DNA from: Octopus sinensis
Taxonomy: Eukaryota
Reading direction: 5' to 3'
DNA length: 64,000 nt
NCBI RefSeq assembly: GCF_006345805.1
Contig: NC_043007.1
Coordinates: forward strand, 36,952,001-37,016,000
The notes under the pieces are model-generated. The model was not told the origin of the DNA and made no database searches. It worked only from the letters and a program-made list of their open reading frames with translations. Positions 11,817 through 25,681 of the stretch are shown one piece after another. The stretch's first letter is position 1, and each line of letters begins with the position of its first letter. The translations under genes were made by a program, and so were the position numbers.

Positions 11817-12362
11817 GGAAAAAATGTTTCACATGGGTTTTTCTCTAAAAACTGCAGTTTTCAACCGATTCTCTCCCTTTGACTTCTGCAGGTTTCAAGC
11901 AATTCGTTCCCTTTTCTCTCTTTGTTTATTTATCTCCCAGACACATGCACATTCATATACAAAATGTGACAATACGCACACACACTCTCACATACAATCA
12001 CATACATATAGTAAGAGACACACATATAGACATACATTCACGCACGTCACTCGTCACATGGGTATATGTAAGTGTAGATGTGTGTGTATGTTTAATAACG
12101 TACCTAATGCGGAAACACACAGTAAGAGAGACGTACACACTCATACACCTGCACACATACACTCAGAGACACATACACACTCATATATGTGACGTCGTCG
12201 TCGTGGTATAGAATGTCCTTTAGAGTCACAGCGTATAAAGCTGTAGAAGAAAATAGCTTGAGTGAAAAAACTTGAGCCACTTTAGGATATCTTTTCCTGA
12301 CGCATGAACATTCAGTGGCGTTGTGTGTTTGTTAAACACACACACATACGTCAACACATATA

Positions 12363-12393
<31 letters not shown>

Positions 12394-12477
12394 TGATATA
12401 TAGATAAAACTTATTTGGAAAAGGATGCGTGGCGTTCAATCATATAATAATATAAATAATACATACATACATATATA

Positions 12478-12544
<67 letters not shown>

Positions 12545-12662
12545 CGTATACGTACATACTTACATGTATACGTATATACATATGGATATGTGGGCACAGG
12601 ACGTTACAAAACGTAAACAACAAAAATACAAAGTACGAGAACATGGAATATGAACTTTTTTT

Positions 12663-12847
12663 GCGAGCAACGAAAGAAGCAAATGGAAAACAAGACAAAA
12701 AACCCCACAAAGAACGACCCTTCATCAGTTGTCGGCAGCTTTTCTAATCCGCTCGAAATACGGATTAGAAAAAACATCCGAAAACTGATGAAGGGTCGTT
12801 CTTTGTTGTGTTTATCTTGTTTTCCAGTTGTTTCTTTCGTTGCTCGC
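12663..12847. repeat. Imperfect inverted repeat (about 90-bp arms, 9-nt loop), Penelope-like terminal-repeat sequence
   Basis: GCGAGCAACGAAAG...CTTCATCAGTT...CTAATCCG / CGGATTAG...AACTGATGAAG...CTTTCGTTGCTCGC. Confidence 0.8.
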
Positions 12848-12867
12848 AATAATAACAATAACGATAA

Positions 12868-13030
12868 TAATGATTTCAAATTATTGCCACAAGAGCAGCT
12901 TGGGGGAGGGGTTTTAAGTCGATTGCATCGACCCCAGTGCGTAACTGGTACTTATTTAATCGACCCCGAAACGTTGAAAGGCAAAGTCGACCTCAGTGGA
13001 ATTTGAACTCAGAACGTAAAGACAGACGAA
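12868..13030 (-). mobile_element. SINE-B, 5'-truncated, tail CTTGTGGCAATAATTTGAAATCATTATT
   Basis: Core matches the other SINE-B copies. Confidence 0.85.
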
Positions 13031-13599
13031 CTATCGAATAAACTGTAAACTTCAGGAATTAAAAATCTCTATAACAAACTCTTGAGTGCTTTTAGCTCTT
13101 CAGTCAGATCTAAATACGAACATTTAAGGCATTACTCGGAAATCGGATTGTTATCTCTGAGAAAATTTCTCTAGCGAGTTATGTTAACACGAAATATAGC
13201 ATAAATTATTTTACCTGAAAACTAAATAGAAAAACTCACCCTTTAGCTTCATGATGTTCAGATGCTACGTGAATATTTCAGTTAAAATATTTTTCTGATA
13301 TTTTGTTTTTTCTGAATTGAATGACTTGTATATTTATCTGCGTAGCTGCGATCGAATAATTATTGGTTTACTGGCAAAAAATAAATGCATTTAATGGATA
13401 GCTCAATTTGCGAAAAGGGGAAGTGGAGAAAATTGAAATAATTTTAATGGTGTACACAATATTATCTAGAACCGCCTAGTAAAGTTCATAACAGTATTCA
13501 ATCACTACATTCCAACAGAAGATATGAAATACTACTGAGTACGAATTACATTTAGTGATAACATTAACCGATTTGCACGAAGTGTTTGTCAGTATTAAT

Positions 13600-13740
13600 A
13601 AAATTTAAGAACACCCTAAAATGACGTCAGCTTGGAGGATTCAAAGGAAATTGTACGGGACCGCCTGCGATGGAGAGCACTAGTGGACCTGGTCGGCTCT
13701 ACGCATGATGACCCCAGCCCCATCAAGCAAGGTCATTAAG
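13600..13740 (+). mobile_element. RTE-like LINE extreme 3' fragment
   Basis: Translates DVSLEDSKEIVRDRLRWRALVDLV (DR..WR motif), followed by (GCA)n. Confidence 0.5.
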
Positions 13741-13837
13741 CAGCAGCAGCAGCAGCAGCAGCAGCAAGCCTTAAAATGATGAAGCAATTATACTTCAATA
13801 AAAATGACAAATCTATCAAAGTATTTTCATTGAATCT

Positions 13838-14078
13838 TTTATCTTTTGTTTCAGTCACTAAACTGCGGTCATGTTGGGGCACAGCCTTGAAGAATTTTCC
13901 GTGGAATGAATCGACCCAGTACTTATTTTTTTTAAAAAACCTGGTACTTATTCTATCAACCACTCTGCCGAACCGCTAAGTTGCGGGAACGCAAACACAC
14001 CAACACCGGTTGTCAAGCAGTGGTGGATGTTAAACACAAAGGCGCACACACACACACACATACATACATACACACACA

Positions 14079-14154
<76 letters not shown>

Positions 14155-14831
14155 GTGTGTGTGTATGAATTTAAGAACTTACTGTGGACAAGGCTGCGTG
14201 GCATTCGATTATAAGTATAGAAAAATACACTTTAAGTACAGGACATCACCAACGAGCGGAAAAACACGTAAACACACGAGAGATAAGTACAGGACAAAAT
14301 ATTAAAAAATACGCAATAAGAATAGGACATCAACAACAAGTGAAAAATACGTAAACACATAACGAGAAACAAGTCGGGACAAAATACCACAAGAAGTCTA
14401 AGTCCTCCTCAGTTGTCGACTGTTTATTACTATCTATTTCGAGCTTTCAACGACAATATAGGAAAACTTCATAAGACAGCAGCATCCAGAAATATTAGAT
14501 ATATAAAATTTGTCGTGAGTTAGGGCTTAGCTCGAAATAGGGAGTAATAAACAGTCGATAACTGAGGAGGAGTTTGACTTTCTTTGGTATTATGTACCGT
14601 ACTTGTCTCTCATGTGTTTACATATTTATCAATCGTTGTTGATGTCCTGTTCTTGTGTATTTTTTAGTACTTTGTCCTGTACTTATCTCTCGTGTGTTTA
14701 CTTGCTTTCAGTTCGTTGGTGATGTCTTGTACTTAATGTGTTTTTTAATATAAATATATATATAGAAAAGGAAGGGTTTAGTTCGCTGATGATCTAAACC
14801 AATAGGTACACTGCGTAAGTGCTGTAATTGG

Positions 14832-14874
<43 letters not shown>

Positions 14875-15000
14875 GACAAAACGGGCTTCTTTCAGTTTTC
14901 GCCTACCAAATCTACTCACAAGGAATTATGCAGTGCGACTGAATCCGGAAATATGCGGTTGGGTAGCAAGCTTTTTACTATACAGCTACGCCTGCCTGTT
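13838..15000 (-). mobile_element. SINE-A split by an insertion in its internal microsatellite
   Basis: Head about 14870-15000, 3' half about 13838-14026, inverted-repeat element in between. Confidence 0.7.
14222..14745. repeat. Diverged inverted repeat (about 230-bp arms, about 75-bp spacer), same superfamily as 12663-12847
   Basis: AAGTACAGGACATCACCAACG...CCTCAGTTGTCGACTG...TTTCGAGCT mirrored by AGCTCGAAATAG...CAGTCGATAACTGAGG...CGTTGGTGATGTCTTGTACTT. Confidence 0.8.
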
Positions 15001-15424
15001 AGGAAACCCAGGAAAGAAAAATTAAATATCGGGAATGAAGCAATGGAAATACTTCTTCCCTTTTGCTGCAACATATTTAAGTGAATTAAGATTTCCAGTC
15101 CTATGAAATACAAAATCAAGCTATGAAACTGACTGCAACAGGAATATGACAAAATGAAGCTTTTTGAAGCTAAACCGGATAAATTTTCTAAACCTATCCT
15201 AAAAAAAAACAAACAGTTCTTATTAAATATCATAAATGTGCATATGGATTCATGTTACATTAAATACCATAAACGTATGTGTAGATTCAAATAACGTTAT
15301 ACATAAAAACGTGTAATATAAGTAAATAGTTATGAAACGTTATGAACATGGCCAAAATGTACAGAGCTTACATAGAAAACTCAGGCTTTCTAAGTTATAA
15401 ACCGGGCTATTTTCTAATTAATGT

Positions 15425-15590
15425 TGCTTTCAAGTTTTGGCACAGGTCCAGTAATTTCAGAGGAGGGATAGAATGATTAGATCGACCCCAGTGCTCAACT
15501 GGTACTAATATTATCGACCTCGAAAGGATGAAAGGCAAAGTCGATCTCGTCGGAATTTGAATTCAGAACGTAAAGATGTCCGGTGTACTA
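15425..15590 (-). mobile_element. SINE-B fragment
   Basis: Core GATGAAAGGCAAAGTCG and CCTGTGCCAAAACTTGAAAGC tail. Confidence 0.75.
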
Positions 15591-15879
15591 ATGTTCAACG
15601 AAATAGTTCAATGAACATACTATTTTAAATCCTCCCACAAAGGAGATGCCTACAAGAGCAAATTTTCCTCTCTCCTCCATTTATTCAGAGAGTTCTTCCA
15701 TAATCGAACCAAAAAGAAGGCTGCTGCATGTTCGCTCGGTCTGCTTGGAATAGCAACATAATTTCCTTCATATATCTTACTGCCTTGAAAAATAAGTATG
15801 GGAGAGATGACGGGATGATTATGGTTAGATCATGTGTCTGTTGAATCAAGGCTGACTTAGGCCAGTTAATGACTGGCCG

Positions 15880-16290
15880 GTGTTGAGGTCTCAGTGTTGT
15901 CACTGGAAATAGCAGCCAAATCTCCTTTCTGTCTTGCTCAACAGCAACAGCAATAACGCAGTCATTATGAACCGACAAAGGTGTCTCTACGTGGCAACTC
16001 GGTATTCTACAACATAGCAGTCAAATTTCTCACAAATCAAGAACCACAGGTTCACAGCGGGAATGTTTTTCGATCAAAAGACCTGCTCAATGAGGTCTGA
16101 CTTAGAGCTGAAAAATAACAGCAAAAACCTTTCACTAACTGCAAAAAATTACAAAACCATCATGAACCGATGTGGGTGACTCTACATGGTCACTCGGTAT
16201 TCTAGAAATAACAGTCAAATTTCTCACAACTCAAGAACCAGATATTTACAGTAGGAAAGCCTTTGATCATAAGATTTGCTCAGTAAGGGC
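15880..16290 (+). repeat. Degenerate tandem copies of a probable LINE 3'-end repeat
   Basis: G(C/T)CACTCGGTATTCTA..ATA(G/A)CAGTCAAATTTCTCACAA.TCAAGAACCA repeated at about 15985 and 16190, partial at about 15900. Confidence 0.5.
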
Positions 16291-16822
16291 CAATGGCGGC
16301 TCGTGTATAAGCACTGTGGAATAGAATCAGCCCCTGTTTCCACTCAATATTATCGATTACATTCAATATGACGAGTCCGTTTTTCTTTAATTCTTTCTTT
16401 ATATTTGTACGTTATATAATCCTTAAGTTTCGTGTCGGTAGCCATTCCCTAGTTTATGAAACAAATACAAAAATCCTTATATTGAACTGTGCGGTTCTCA
16501 GTTCCAGTGATGCGGTGTTTGGCTGTTGTGTGCATGCTCATATGTCCGAGATAGGAAGCTGCACGCTAGAGTGAGAGAGCACTATGGTTCATGCAATGTC
16601 GACCCTGGTGTGCTGGTGAAAGGCAGTGTTTCTTTTTAACTCCAATGCGATAAAGTATAGAATTCGATTATTATCTTGCTTCCAGATACAATGTTGATGC
16701 CAGGATTTGAAAAATAGGGCACATTTTCTCCCCCACCCCTTATTTTGTGATTTAGGGGAATTTTTTGAAAGCAAGTGGGGAATTCGCGACGGTGTTCAGT
16801 GAACAAATTAAACACACTACTC
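16291..16822 (+). mobile_element. Second copy of the 550-bp CAGTGGCGGC-terminated repeat
   Basis: Inverted homologue of 2873-3420. Confidence 0.55.
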
Positions 16823-16979
16823 GGTAGTGACTAAAACGCGAACCAATCAAGTTTATGCGTAAGTTTTCTTTTTATATGTTTGTTTCCTTTTACATAATAT
16901 TAAGACAACAGCTAAAAGTTTTCTGAAGCAGCTCCCCCACTACTTTTACCTACGAGCCTCCACTAGTAAGGTCTTACTT

Positions 16980-17287
16980 GTTTGTTGTTTTTGTTCCTTC
17001 TAGTGCTATGCTCGGCTAAGTGCTGGTTTCCCAGTTTCCTTGGCGTATAGGTTCCCCACCTGGACTGGACGCCGGCCCGTCGCAGGTGAGCTGCAAGATG
17101 CAGGAGGAAAGAGTGAGAGAAAGTTGTGGCGAAAGAGTCAGCAGAAGTTCGCCATTACCTTCTACCGGAGCTGCGTGGAGCTTAGGTGTTTCGCTCATAA
17201 ACACACACATCGCTCGGTCTGAGATTCGAACCAGCGATCCCTCGACCGCGAGTCCGCTGCTCTAACTACTAGGCCATGTGCCTCCAC
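16980..17287 (-). mobile_element. SINE-E (tRNA head GTGGAGGCACATGGCCTAGTAG), tail type 1
   Basis: B box GGTTCGAATCTC; 12-bp TSD AAGGTCTTACTT at 16968-16979 and 17288-17299. Confidence 0.85.
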
Positions 17288-17699
17288 AAGGTCTTACTTA
17301 GGGTTAAACAACAACAGCAGCAGCAAAATCCTTTCATTAACTGCAAATGGGCCTCAAGAGGGCAAGTATAAACAACGCTATTTTTTAAATGCCAGAAAAT
17401 GAAGTTGGTTCTGCATGTGTAAGGTATCAAACATCTTTACCGATCAATTACCAAAGTGTATTATGTAAAAATGCATAATAAGTAAATAAATGAATAAATA
17501 AATGCGTATTGATCTGCATCAAGATCACATTGAATGCGAACAAACCAATCAAGTAAATTAAAGACTGGAAATATAATGGATCGGTGAAAGTTTCATTTTA
17601 TACTATTAGCGTTAGTAGGCATGAGTGAACTGTATGGTAAATACATACGTATACATACATGTATATATACATGATATACAAGCATATACACATATACAT

Positions 17700-18200
<501 letters not shown>

Positions 18201-18344
18201 ATAATATGTGAAAATACATATGTGTGTATACAAAGAGAGAGGGCGAGAGGCAGAAAGAGTGAGAGAGAGAGAGAGAGAGAGGAAGAGAAAAGTGGGAAGA
18301 GACAGATTTGTAATCAGTAAATGCTTTTGTTTTTATATATAAAT

Positions 18345-18490
18345 ATCATGGCTTACTGTTTAGAGCATTCGCCTCAAGACCGTAAGGTCGTGAGTTCGAT
18401 TCTTGGAAGGGGCGAAGCGCGCTGTTTTTGAGCAGGGCACTTCATTTCACAGTACTCCAGTTAACTTACCCGGAAATGAATACCAGCCGA
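18345..18490 (+). mobile_element. Degenerate SINE-D-like head
   Basis: GTTCGATTC box, TTTGAGCAGGGCACTTCATTTCAC core. Confidence 0.6.
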
Positions 18491-18835
18491 TCATCCACAG
18501 CGTCAAGGGTAAGAAGACCTATATCTGCTCCCGACTATATAATTACCTAAAACATCACCATTAAAACATCATCAGGTCACACTCGGTCACGAGTGACGGC
18601 TATGCTTTATATTTGAATAAAAAAAAAACACACACACACACTCATGCATGTACCACATTCGCACGCATACACACGCACACACATACGCACACATTATTTA
18701 AAGCAGTTTGATTCGATTCAGTGCTACTTCAAGTTTCGCAAGCCCCTAATGGAATGACCGAATGGAAAGTTTCAGGGAGTCCTAGATAGCTACCAGAAGA
18801 TGGGCTGCTATTGGTGAAGGAAGGTTACACAGTGT

Positions 18836-18879
<44 letters not shown>

Positions 18880-18889
18880 AATATATATA

Positions 18890-19290
18890 TATAGGTGTTC
18901 AAGTAGAGCTGTGTGGTAAAGAATTTGCTTCCCAACCACATCAGTCTGAGTTCAGTCCCACTGCTAGGCACTTTGGGCAAGTGTCTTCTACGACAGGATA
19001 GGGCCGACCAAGGACTTGCGAGTGGATTTGGTAGATGAAAACTGGAAGAAGCCCGTCGTATATACATACATATATAGATATGTGTGTGTGTGTGTTTGTC
19101 CCCCATCCCGCCTTCCAACTGGTGTTGGCGTGTTTACGTCCCAATAACTTAGCGGTTCGGCAAAAGAAGTGATAGGTTTTACAAAAAAACAGATTTTAAT
19201 TAAATATTGGCGTCACTTCGTTCGACTAAAATTCTTCGAGTCAGTGCTCCGGCGTGACCGCAGTCTAAAGACTGAACCAAGTAAGAGATA
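18890..19290 (+). mobile_element. SINE-A, diverged
   Basis: Homology to 11-432. Confidence 0.8.
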
Positions 19291-19445
19291 AACTATATAT
19301 ATGTGTATGTATGTGAATGTGTGTGTGTATGTATGCATATATGTGTATATATATGTATATATATATATGTGTGTGTGTTTGTAAATATATTTATATGTGT
19401 GTACGTATGTATCATTATATATAATGATGCATAAAAAAAAAAAAC

Positions 19446-19800
19446 GGAGGCCAGAAGAAACGCTACAAGGACTCCCTGAAATCGAACCTCAAAAAGTGTG
19501 ACATTGACTTCACCAACTGGGAGGAAACGGCAAAAAACGGACCACTCTGGAAAACCACCATCCATGAGGGAACGGCGAATTTCGAGTCGAAAAGGTCTGC
19601 AGAGCTGGAGGAGAAAAGACGACGACGGAAGGAGCGCCAACAACAACCACGTGCGACTCTCCCTTTTGGTACTAGATGTCCGCACTGTGACTGATCTTTT
19701 CGAGCAAGAATTGGTCTTATCAGTCACCTGCGGACTCACCAATAAATTTGCGCGAAGACCATCATCCTCGACCTTGAGGGATTGCCATAGTAGTAGTAGT
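19446..19800 (+). mobile_element. RTE-clade LINE 3' end with C-terminal C2H2 finger
   Basis: GGQKKRYKDSLKSNLKKCDID...WEETA...EKRRRRKER...CPHCD*SFRARIGLISHLRTH*; 3' UTR ends GAGGGATTGCCA + (TAG)n. Confidence 0.85.
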
Positions 19801-20262
19801 ATAATGATACATACACACATATACATATACTTATATATATTTACATATACATATATTTACATATATATATGTATATTTAAATGTGTAAGTATATGTATAT
19901 GTGTGTATGTATGTATCATTATATATATAATATGATATATATATATATATACATATATGTATTCGCGCGCGTGTGTGTGTACATACGTGCATACATACAT
20001 ACATGCAAATACATATTAGTCAACCATGACAGTTGGTGAATAATATTTTTAAGGTCAGTATTTATTTCTTCGTGTCGTCTCGCTAAATATAATTCTTGAC
20101 TAAAGGCAAAGCGGTAAAGTTCATTGAAAAAGAACAGTGTTCCACTATTTTTAGACGTTATAAACAAAATTGGGTGGGTTTAAAAGAACGTTAAAAAAAG
20201 AACAGTGTAACGTATAGCTGCAGCTTCTATGCAATATAATTTTCTTATTTCTTTATCATTAA

Positions 20263-20654
20263 CTAGCAGTATCGCCCGGCGTTGCTCGGATTTGTAAGGG
20301 AAATAACTATAAAGCATTTTTAGAGAGTTATAGCCCAAAAAATAGCAAAGAATGCATTAAAAATGGAAAAAAACTATGGTAAATTTTTTTAAAATCCTTG
20401 ACTCATCGTAAACATTTTTAGAGAGTTACTTCCCTTATATTAAAAAAATATGCATTAAAATGGAAATAAATGATGGTAAATTATTTTTAAAATCGTAGAC
20501 TCATCGTAGATGCGCGCTAATACCCAGAAGGGCTTGATATGAATCACGACTATAAGATACCCGGTTTTGGTTAAACTGCACCGCAAAATGTGGGAGTAGT
20601 TAGGAATCTAAATCGGAGTAGACAGACACACAACCTTACTTTTATATATAAAGA
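20263..20654 (-). mobile_element. Non-autonomous Helitron
   Basis: On minus strand: A|TC start, subterminal hairpin CCGAGCAACGCCGG, CTAG|T end; internal duplication of about 105 bp; near-identical to 55651-56049. Confidence 0.85.
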
Positions 20655-20926
20655 TTTTTGTTTTAATTACGCTTAAATAAGATATTTCATTTAGACGGAC
20701 CTAATTATTCAAACTTTGTCAAAATTGGTTCACTAAAGAAAAAGAAAATAGCTTATGGGACAAAAGATGACAATAGTTTTTAAGTTACATATCGTTTATT
20801 TTAGAGACACGCATGATAGATATGTACGTGTGTGTGTGTGTATGTGTGTGTGTGTGTATGTGTGTGTGTGTTTATACATATATGTATGTATGCATACACA
20901 CACATATATACAAATATGTATATGTA

Positions 20927-20976
<50 letters not shown>

Positions 20977-21073
20977 ACGGGAAGCTTTATGAAAATAAAC
21001 AAAAGACGAAGGCAGGTGGAATACAAACAAACAATTGTATTAGTATGGCGCTCAGGAATATAAATAAAACAAG

Positions 21074-21111
21074 TCTTTTACGTTTCGAGCCTACGCTCTT
21101 CAACAGAAAGA
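21074..21111 (-). ncRNA. Minimal type I hammerhead ribozyme motif (one core substitution) in a Penelope-like fragment
   Basis: TCTTT CTGTTGA A GAGC-GTAG-GCTC GAA ACGT A AAAGA: stems I and II pair, stem III is palindromic, core reads CUGUUGA instead of CUGAUGA. Confidence 0.7.
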
Positions 21112-21223
21112 TACACAGAAAAGAAACACGGAGAGAAACAAGGAGAGAAAAAAATGCGTGCAGAGGCTAGCGAATCAACATGGCGATCTGTGTGTGTGTA
21201 TGTGTGTATGTGTGTGTTTGTGT

Positions 21224-21263
<40 letters not shown>

Positions 21264-21595
21264 TGTATGTGTGTGTGTGTGTGTATAGGCCTGGCTCTGT
21301 GGTAAGAAATTTGCTTCCGAACTGCATGGTTCCAGGTTCAGTCCCAGAGCGTGGCATCAAGGAAAGTGTTTTCTACTATAGCCTCGGATCGACCAAAACC
21401 TTGTGAGTGGATTCTCCAGGCGGAAACTGGGCATTACCATTCACTCCGACAGTGTCAACAGCGTTAAAAGCATAAACGCTTACTAGGTATCATTGGAAAA
21501 CTACAGGAGCGAAATATTAGCGTAGTATGTCCATTACGTCAAAAACTGCTTATTATTGAAATAACATCGAATATGAAATAGTATAAGCTATTAGT

Positions 21596-21770
21596 AAGGC
21601 GGTGAGCTGACAGAAACGTTAGCATGCCGGGCGAAATGCTAACAACCACATGGTTCTGGGTTCAGTCCCACTGCGTAGCATCTTGGGCAAGTGTCTTCTG
21701 CTATAGCCACGGGCCGACCAATGCCTTGTGAGTGGATTTGGCAGACGGAAACTGAAAGAAGCCTGTCGTA

Positions 21771-21839
<69 letters not shown>

Positions 21840-22235
21840 TATATGTATGTGTGTGTATATGTTTGTGTGTCTGTGTTTATCCCCCTACCATTGCTTGACA
21901 ACCGATGCTGGTGTGTTTACGTCCCCGTCACTTAGCGGTTCGGCAAAAGAGACCGATAGAATAAGTACTGGGCTTACAAAGAATAAGTCCCGGGTCGATT
22001 TGCTCGACTAAAGGCGGTGCTCCAGCATGGTCGCAGTCAAATGACTGAAACAAGTAAATGAGTAAAAGAGGTATTCCGTCTGTCTTTACGTTCTAAGTTC
22101 AAATTTCACCGAGGTCGACTTTGCCTTTCATTTTTTCGGGGTCGATAAATTAAGTACCAGTTGCGTACTGGATCGATGTAATCAATTGCCTCCTTCCCCA
22201 AAATGTCGGGCCTTGTACCTAGTATAGAAACGGGT
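21596..22235 (+). mobile_element. SINE-B interrupted by a 5'-truncated SINE-A (21641-22069)
   Basis: SINE-B head ends GAAATGCTA and resumes GGTATTCCGTCTGTC at 22070. Confidence 0.85.
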
Positions 22236-22766
22236 ATTAACTATTAGCCACAAAGCTAGAATTTAAAATAAAGCGAAGAAATTCTTTCCATAAATGGGAT
22301 TGTTATAAAAAAAAGGGGGAAAAAAAAGAAAAAGAAAAAAAGAAAAACTGTTGTACGAAATAGAACCAGCGAACTAAACGTATTAAACAAAACCTACAGA
22401 ACCACTGATACATAACATGATAATAACAACACAAGAAGCAACAAACCAAAGACTTCAAACATAGATTAATAAACTAACATGGACTAACAGATATACATTT
22501 TTTTTCCATTCTACTAATATTCCAAAGATCAAACCAGATCAAACACGAACCGAATCTATTGAAATAATATGCATCTGAACCAATGGTACTGAACTATCTG
22601 CCAGGGAAAAAGACAAGCATAGATAAATATATATTAACTATGTATCGAATTATAGAAAAGTAAATTAAACCAATTAATTTGCATATTAGACACACAGACA
22701 CAGACAGACAGACAGACAGACACACACACACACACACACACACAGAAGCATACACACAGAAGCATA

Positions 22767-22797
<31 letters not shown>

Positions 22798-23594
22798 CAC
22801 ACACACACACACACACACAAACCCTTTTTCTGTATAATAATTTCTCGCTTTTTCACCTCTCGCTGCACAGACACTGCTTTCCCTCTTCATGTGTAACGAA
22901 TATAGAAACTAGAGGGGAAACTAGTTAAAAACGGACAGGTGACCTAACGTTTTATACGATATGTCACATACAAAGGACTTAACGTTTTACATGAATATTA
23001 ATGAGTAGAATCGATCTAGTTCATATAGTATGAAGACAAAACAGTCAACATCCACATTAGTATCATATAAGCTTTCAAGTCCGCCATAACCAGTAATATA
23101 TCCAAAAGTGATAAAGATAAAAAATATATGGACATGTTAACGCTTACCATCCTGTATTGATGCAATGATTGGTGCTAAAGGTCGATTTGTTGAATTGGTG
23201 TGTTAAAAGGAGTCTCAAGATTATTTGTATCAGTTTGATTTCAAATACAGCCTTTCTTTGATGAGTTAAGCATCTTCTTCTAAATTCATACAAATGACTT
23301 AAAATAACTGACGCACCCTGTATGCAAATATATAGCATTTTTGTTTTTCGTTTTTTCTTGCCTTTTCTCATGTACCAGCGTCCTAGTTTTCAAATAGGAC
23401 CATCCATGTGCACTGGGCTTGCAAGATTGTTTGGAGACACAAGGTACGTTATATGAATCTGCCGGATTACCGTGTCTCCGTGGTATCAAACTATTAGTTG
23501 CTGTTATTTTAATACTGTGTACATGAAATGATATTTATCACTCACTTGATGGAGTACTATTTTCTGTTGATCCTACCTCTAACGGAACATTAAA

Positions 23595-23663
<69 letters not shown>

Positions 23664-24129
23664 GGTATGAATATAAATATATGGAACAAAAACGCAATAG
23701 AGGGCATTAAAACGTTCGGACAGATAGACTATACAAAGGCGGACAAGAGAGACAACAATTAGAAGGACAGGCAAAAAAAAAGGACGGGTCATTCTTGGCT
23801 TTCTTTCATCAGTCAAGTCCCAGAAGTCACGACCATTTCGGGTAGTTACACTTGAGATGGTTCGATCTGGTTGCCACCAAAAAAAGTCTAAGCCAAGAGC
23901 ATTAGACTCCTTTGTAAAAAAAGCTAGTGAATGTGTACAGCAGCAAAGACAAAAAACAAGCAAGCAAACAAACAAACAAAAAAAAAACGGAGAACATGGT
24001 ACACAATTACGAATACAAACAACAAGAAATTACAACAAGCGTCAACATACATATACACACACAATACAGACACACACACATGTCTTTTATCTTTTACTTG
24101 TTTCAGCCATCTGACTGCGGTCATGTTGG

Positions 24130-24145
24130 GGCATACATACATACA

Positions 24146-24179
<34 letters not shown>

Positions 24180-24198
24180 CATACATACATGCACACAC

Positions 24199-24229
<31 letters not shown>

Positions 24230-24839
24230 TGTATGCATGCTTGCATGTATGTATGTATGTATGTATGTATGTATGTATGTATGTATGTATGTATGTATGT
24301 ATGTATGTATGTATGTGTGTATGCATGCATGTATGTATGTATGTATGTATGTATGTATGTATGTATGTATGTATGTATGCAGTCTTCCTGCAACGTGGCC
24401 AGATGTAACGACTCACATCTCTGAAAAGAAGAATCCTAACATATGCCATATGGTGTAAAAAGACAGCAAAGACCAAGTATACTCAACCTGTTTATATTCT
24501 TGAGTTCTGATTGTAAATTTCTACGATCGTCTGATCGAAATCAATCAATCAATTAATCACTCAATCCATCCATCCATCCATCCATCCATCCATCCGTCCG
24601 TCCATCCATCCAACTGTCTGGCTATCTGTCTAATATAGGTGTGTGTGCGTGTGTGTATATATGTATGTATATATAATATATATATATAGGTGTGTATGTA
24701 TATGTGCATGTATATGTATGTATGCATATATGTATATACAAACGTATGTATATATATGTATGTGTGTATGTATGTATGTATGTTTGTATGTATTATGTAT
24801 ATATGTATATATATGTTATATGGTATATACTATATGTGT

Positions 24840-24881
<42 letters not shown>

Positions 24882-24895
24882 ATGTATGTATACAA

Positions 24896-24928
<33 letters not shown>

Positions 24929-25649
24929 TATATGTATGCAAACACACACTCATACACACATATATGTATACAAACACACACGCACACGCACACACACACA
25001 CACACACATGTCGGTAGGTTTGTTTGTATGAATAAACATGTCTACCAACCTATTTGCAATACATTTTCAGTTGCGTGCATGTGTATGTGCGTATGAGTGC
25101 TAATATCTGTGTACCTACAGACACACAGACAGACAGACACATATACTTATGCAGATATATTCCAAGCGAATTAAAAGCTAACGTCCTTAATTCAATATGG
25201 ATATGTCTGAAATGTCTTGCTCTGTGTACAATGGCTGATTAAACGAAATCGTTATCGATTATTATTCATGTTCTTGTTGTAAGTGTTTTTGTTTTGTATT
25301 TCTATGTAGTTATTGTTATTCCTTAAAAAAAATTATGTATGTATGAATGTACGCAATATGTATACATTAAGCACGTGGATGTACGTACGTATGTATCAGT
25401 ATATGTGTACGTGTGTATACGTACGTGTATGTATGTATGTATGTATGTATGTATGTATGTATGTATGTATGTATGTATGTATGTATGTTTGTATTATGTA
25501 TGTATGTATGTATGTATGTATGTATTATGTATGTATGTATGTATGTTTGTATTATGTATGTATTATGTATGTATGTATGTATGTATGTATGTATGTATGT
25601 TTGTATTATGTATGTATGTATGTATGTATTATGTATGTATGTATGTATG

Positions 25650-25681
<32 letters not shown>

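Noticed and set aside
23140-23335. Tc1-like terminus (TACAGGGTGCGTCAGTTATT on minus)
   Set aside because: No matching second TIR or clear transposase motif found
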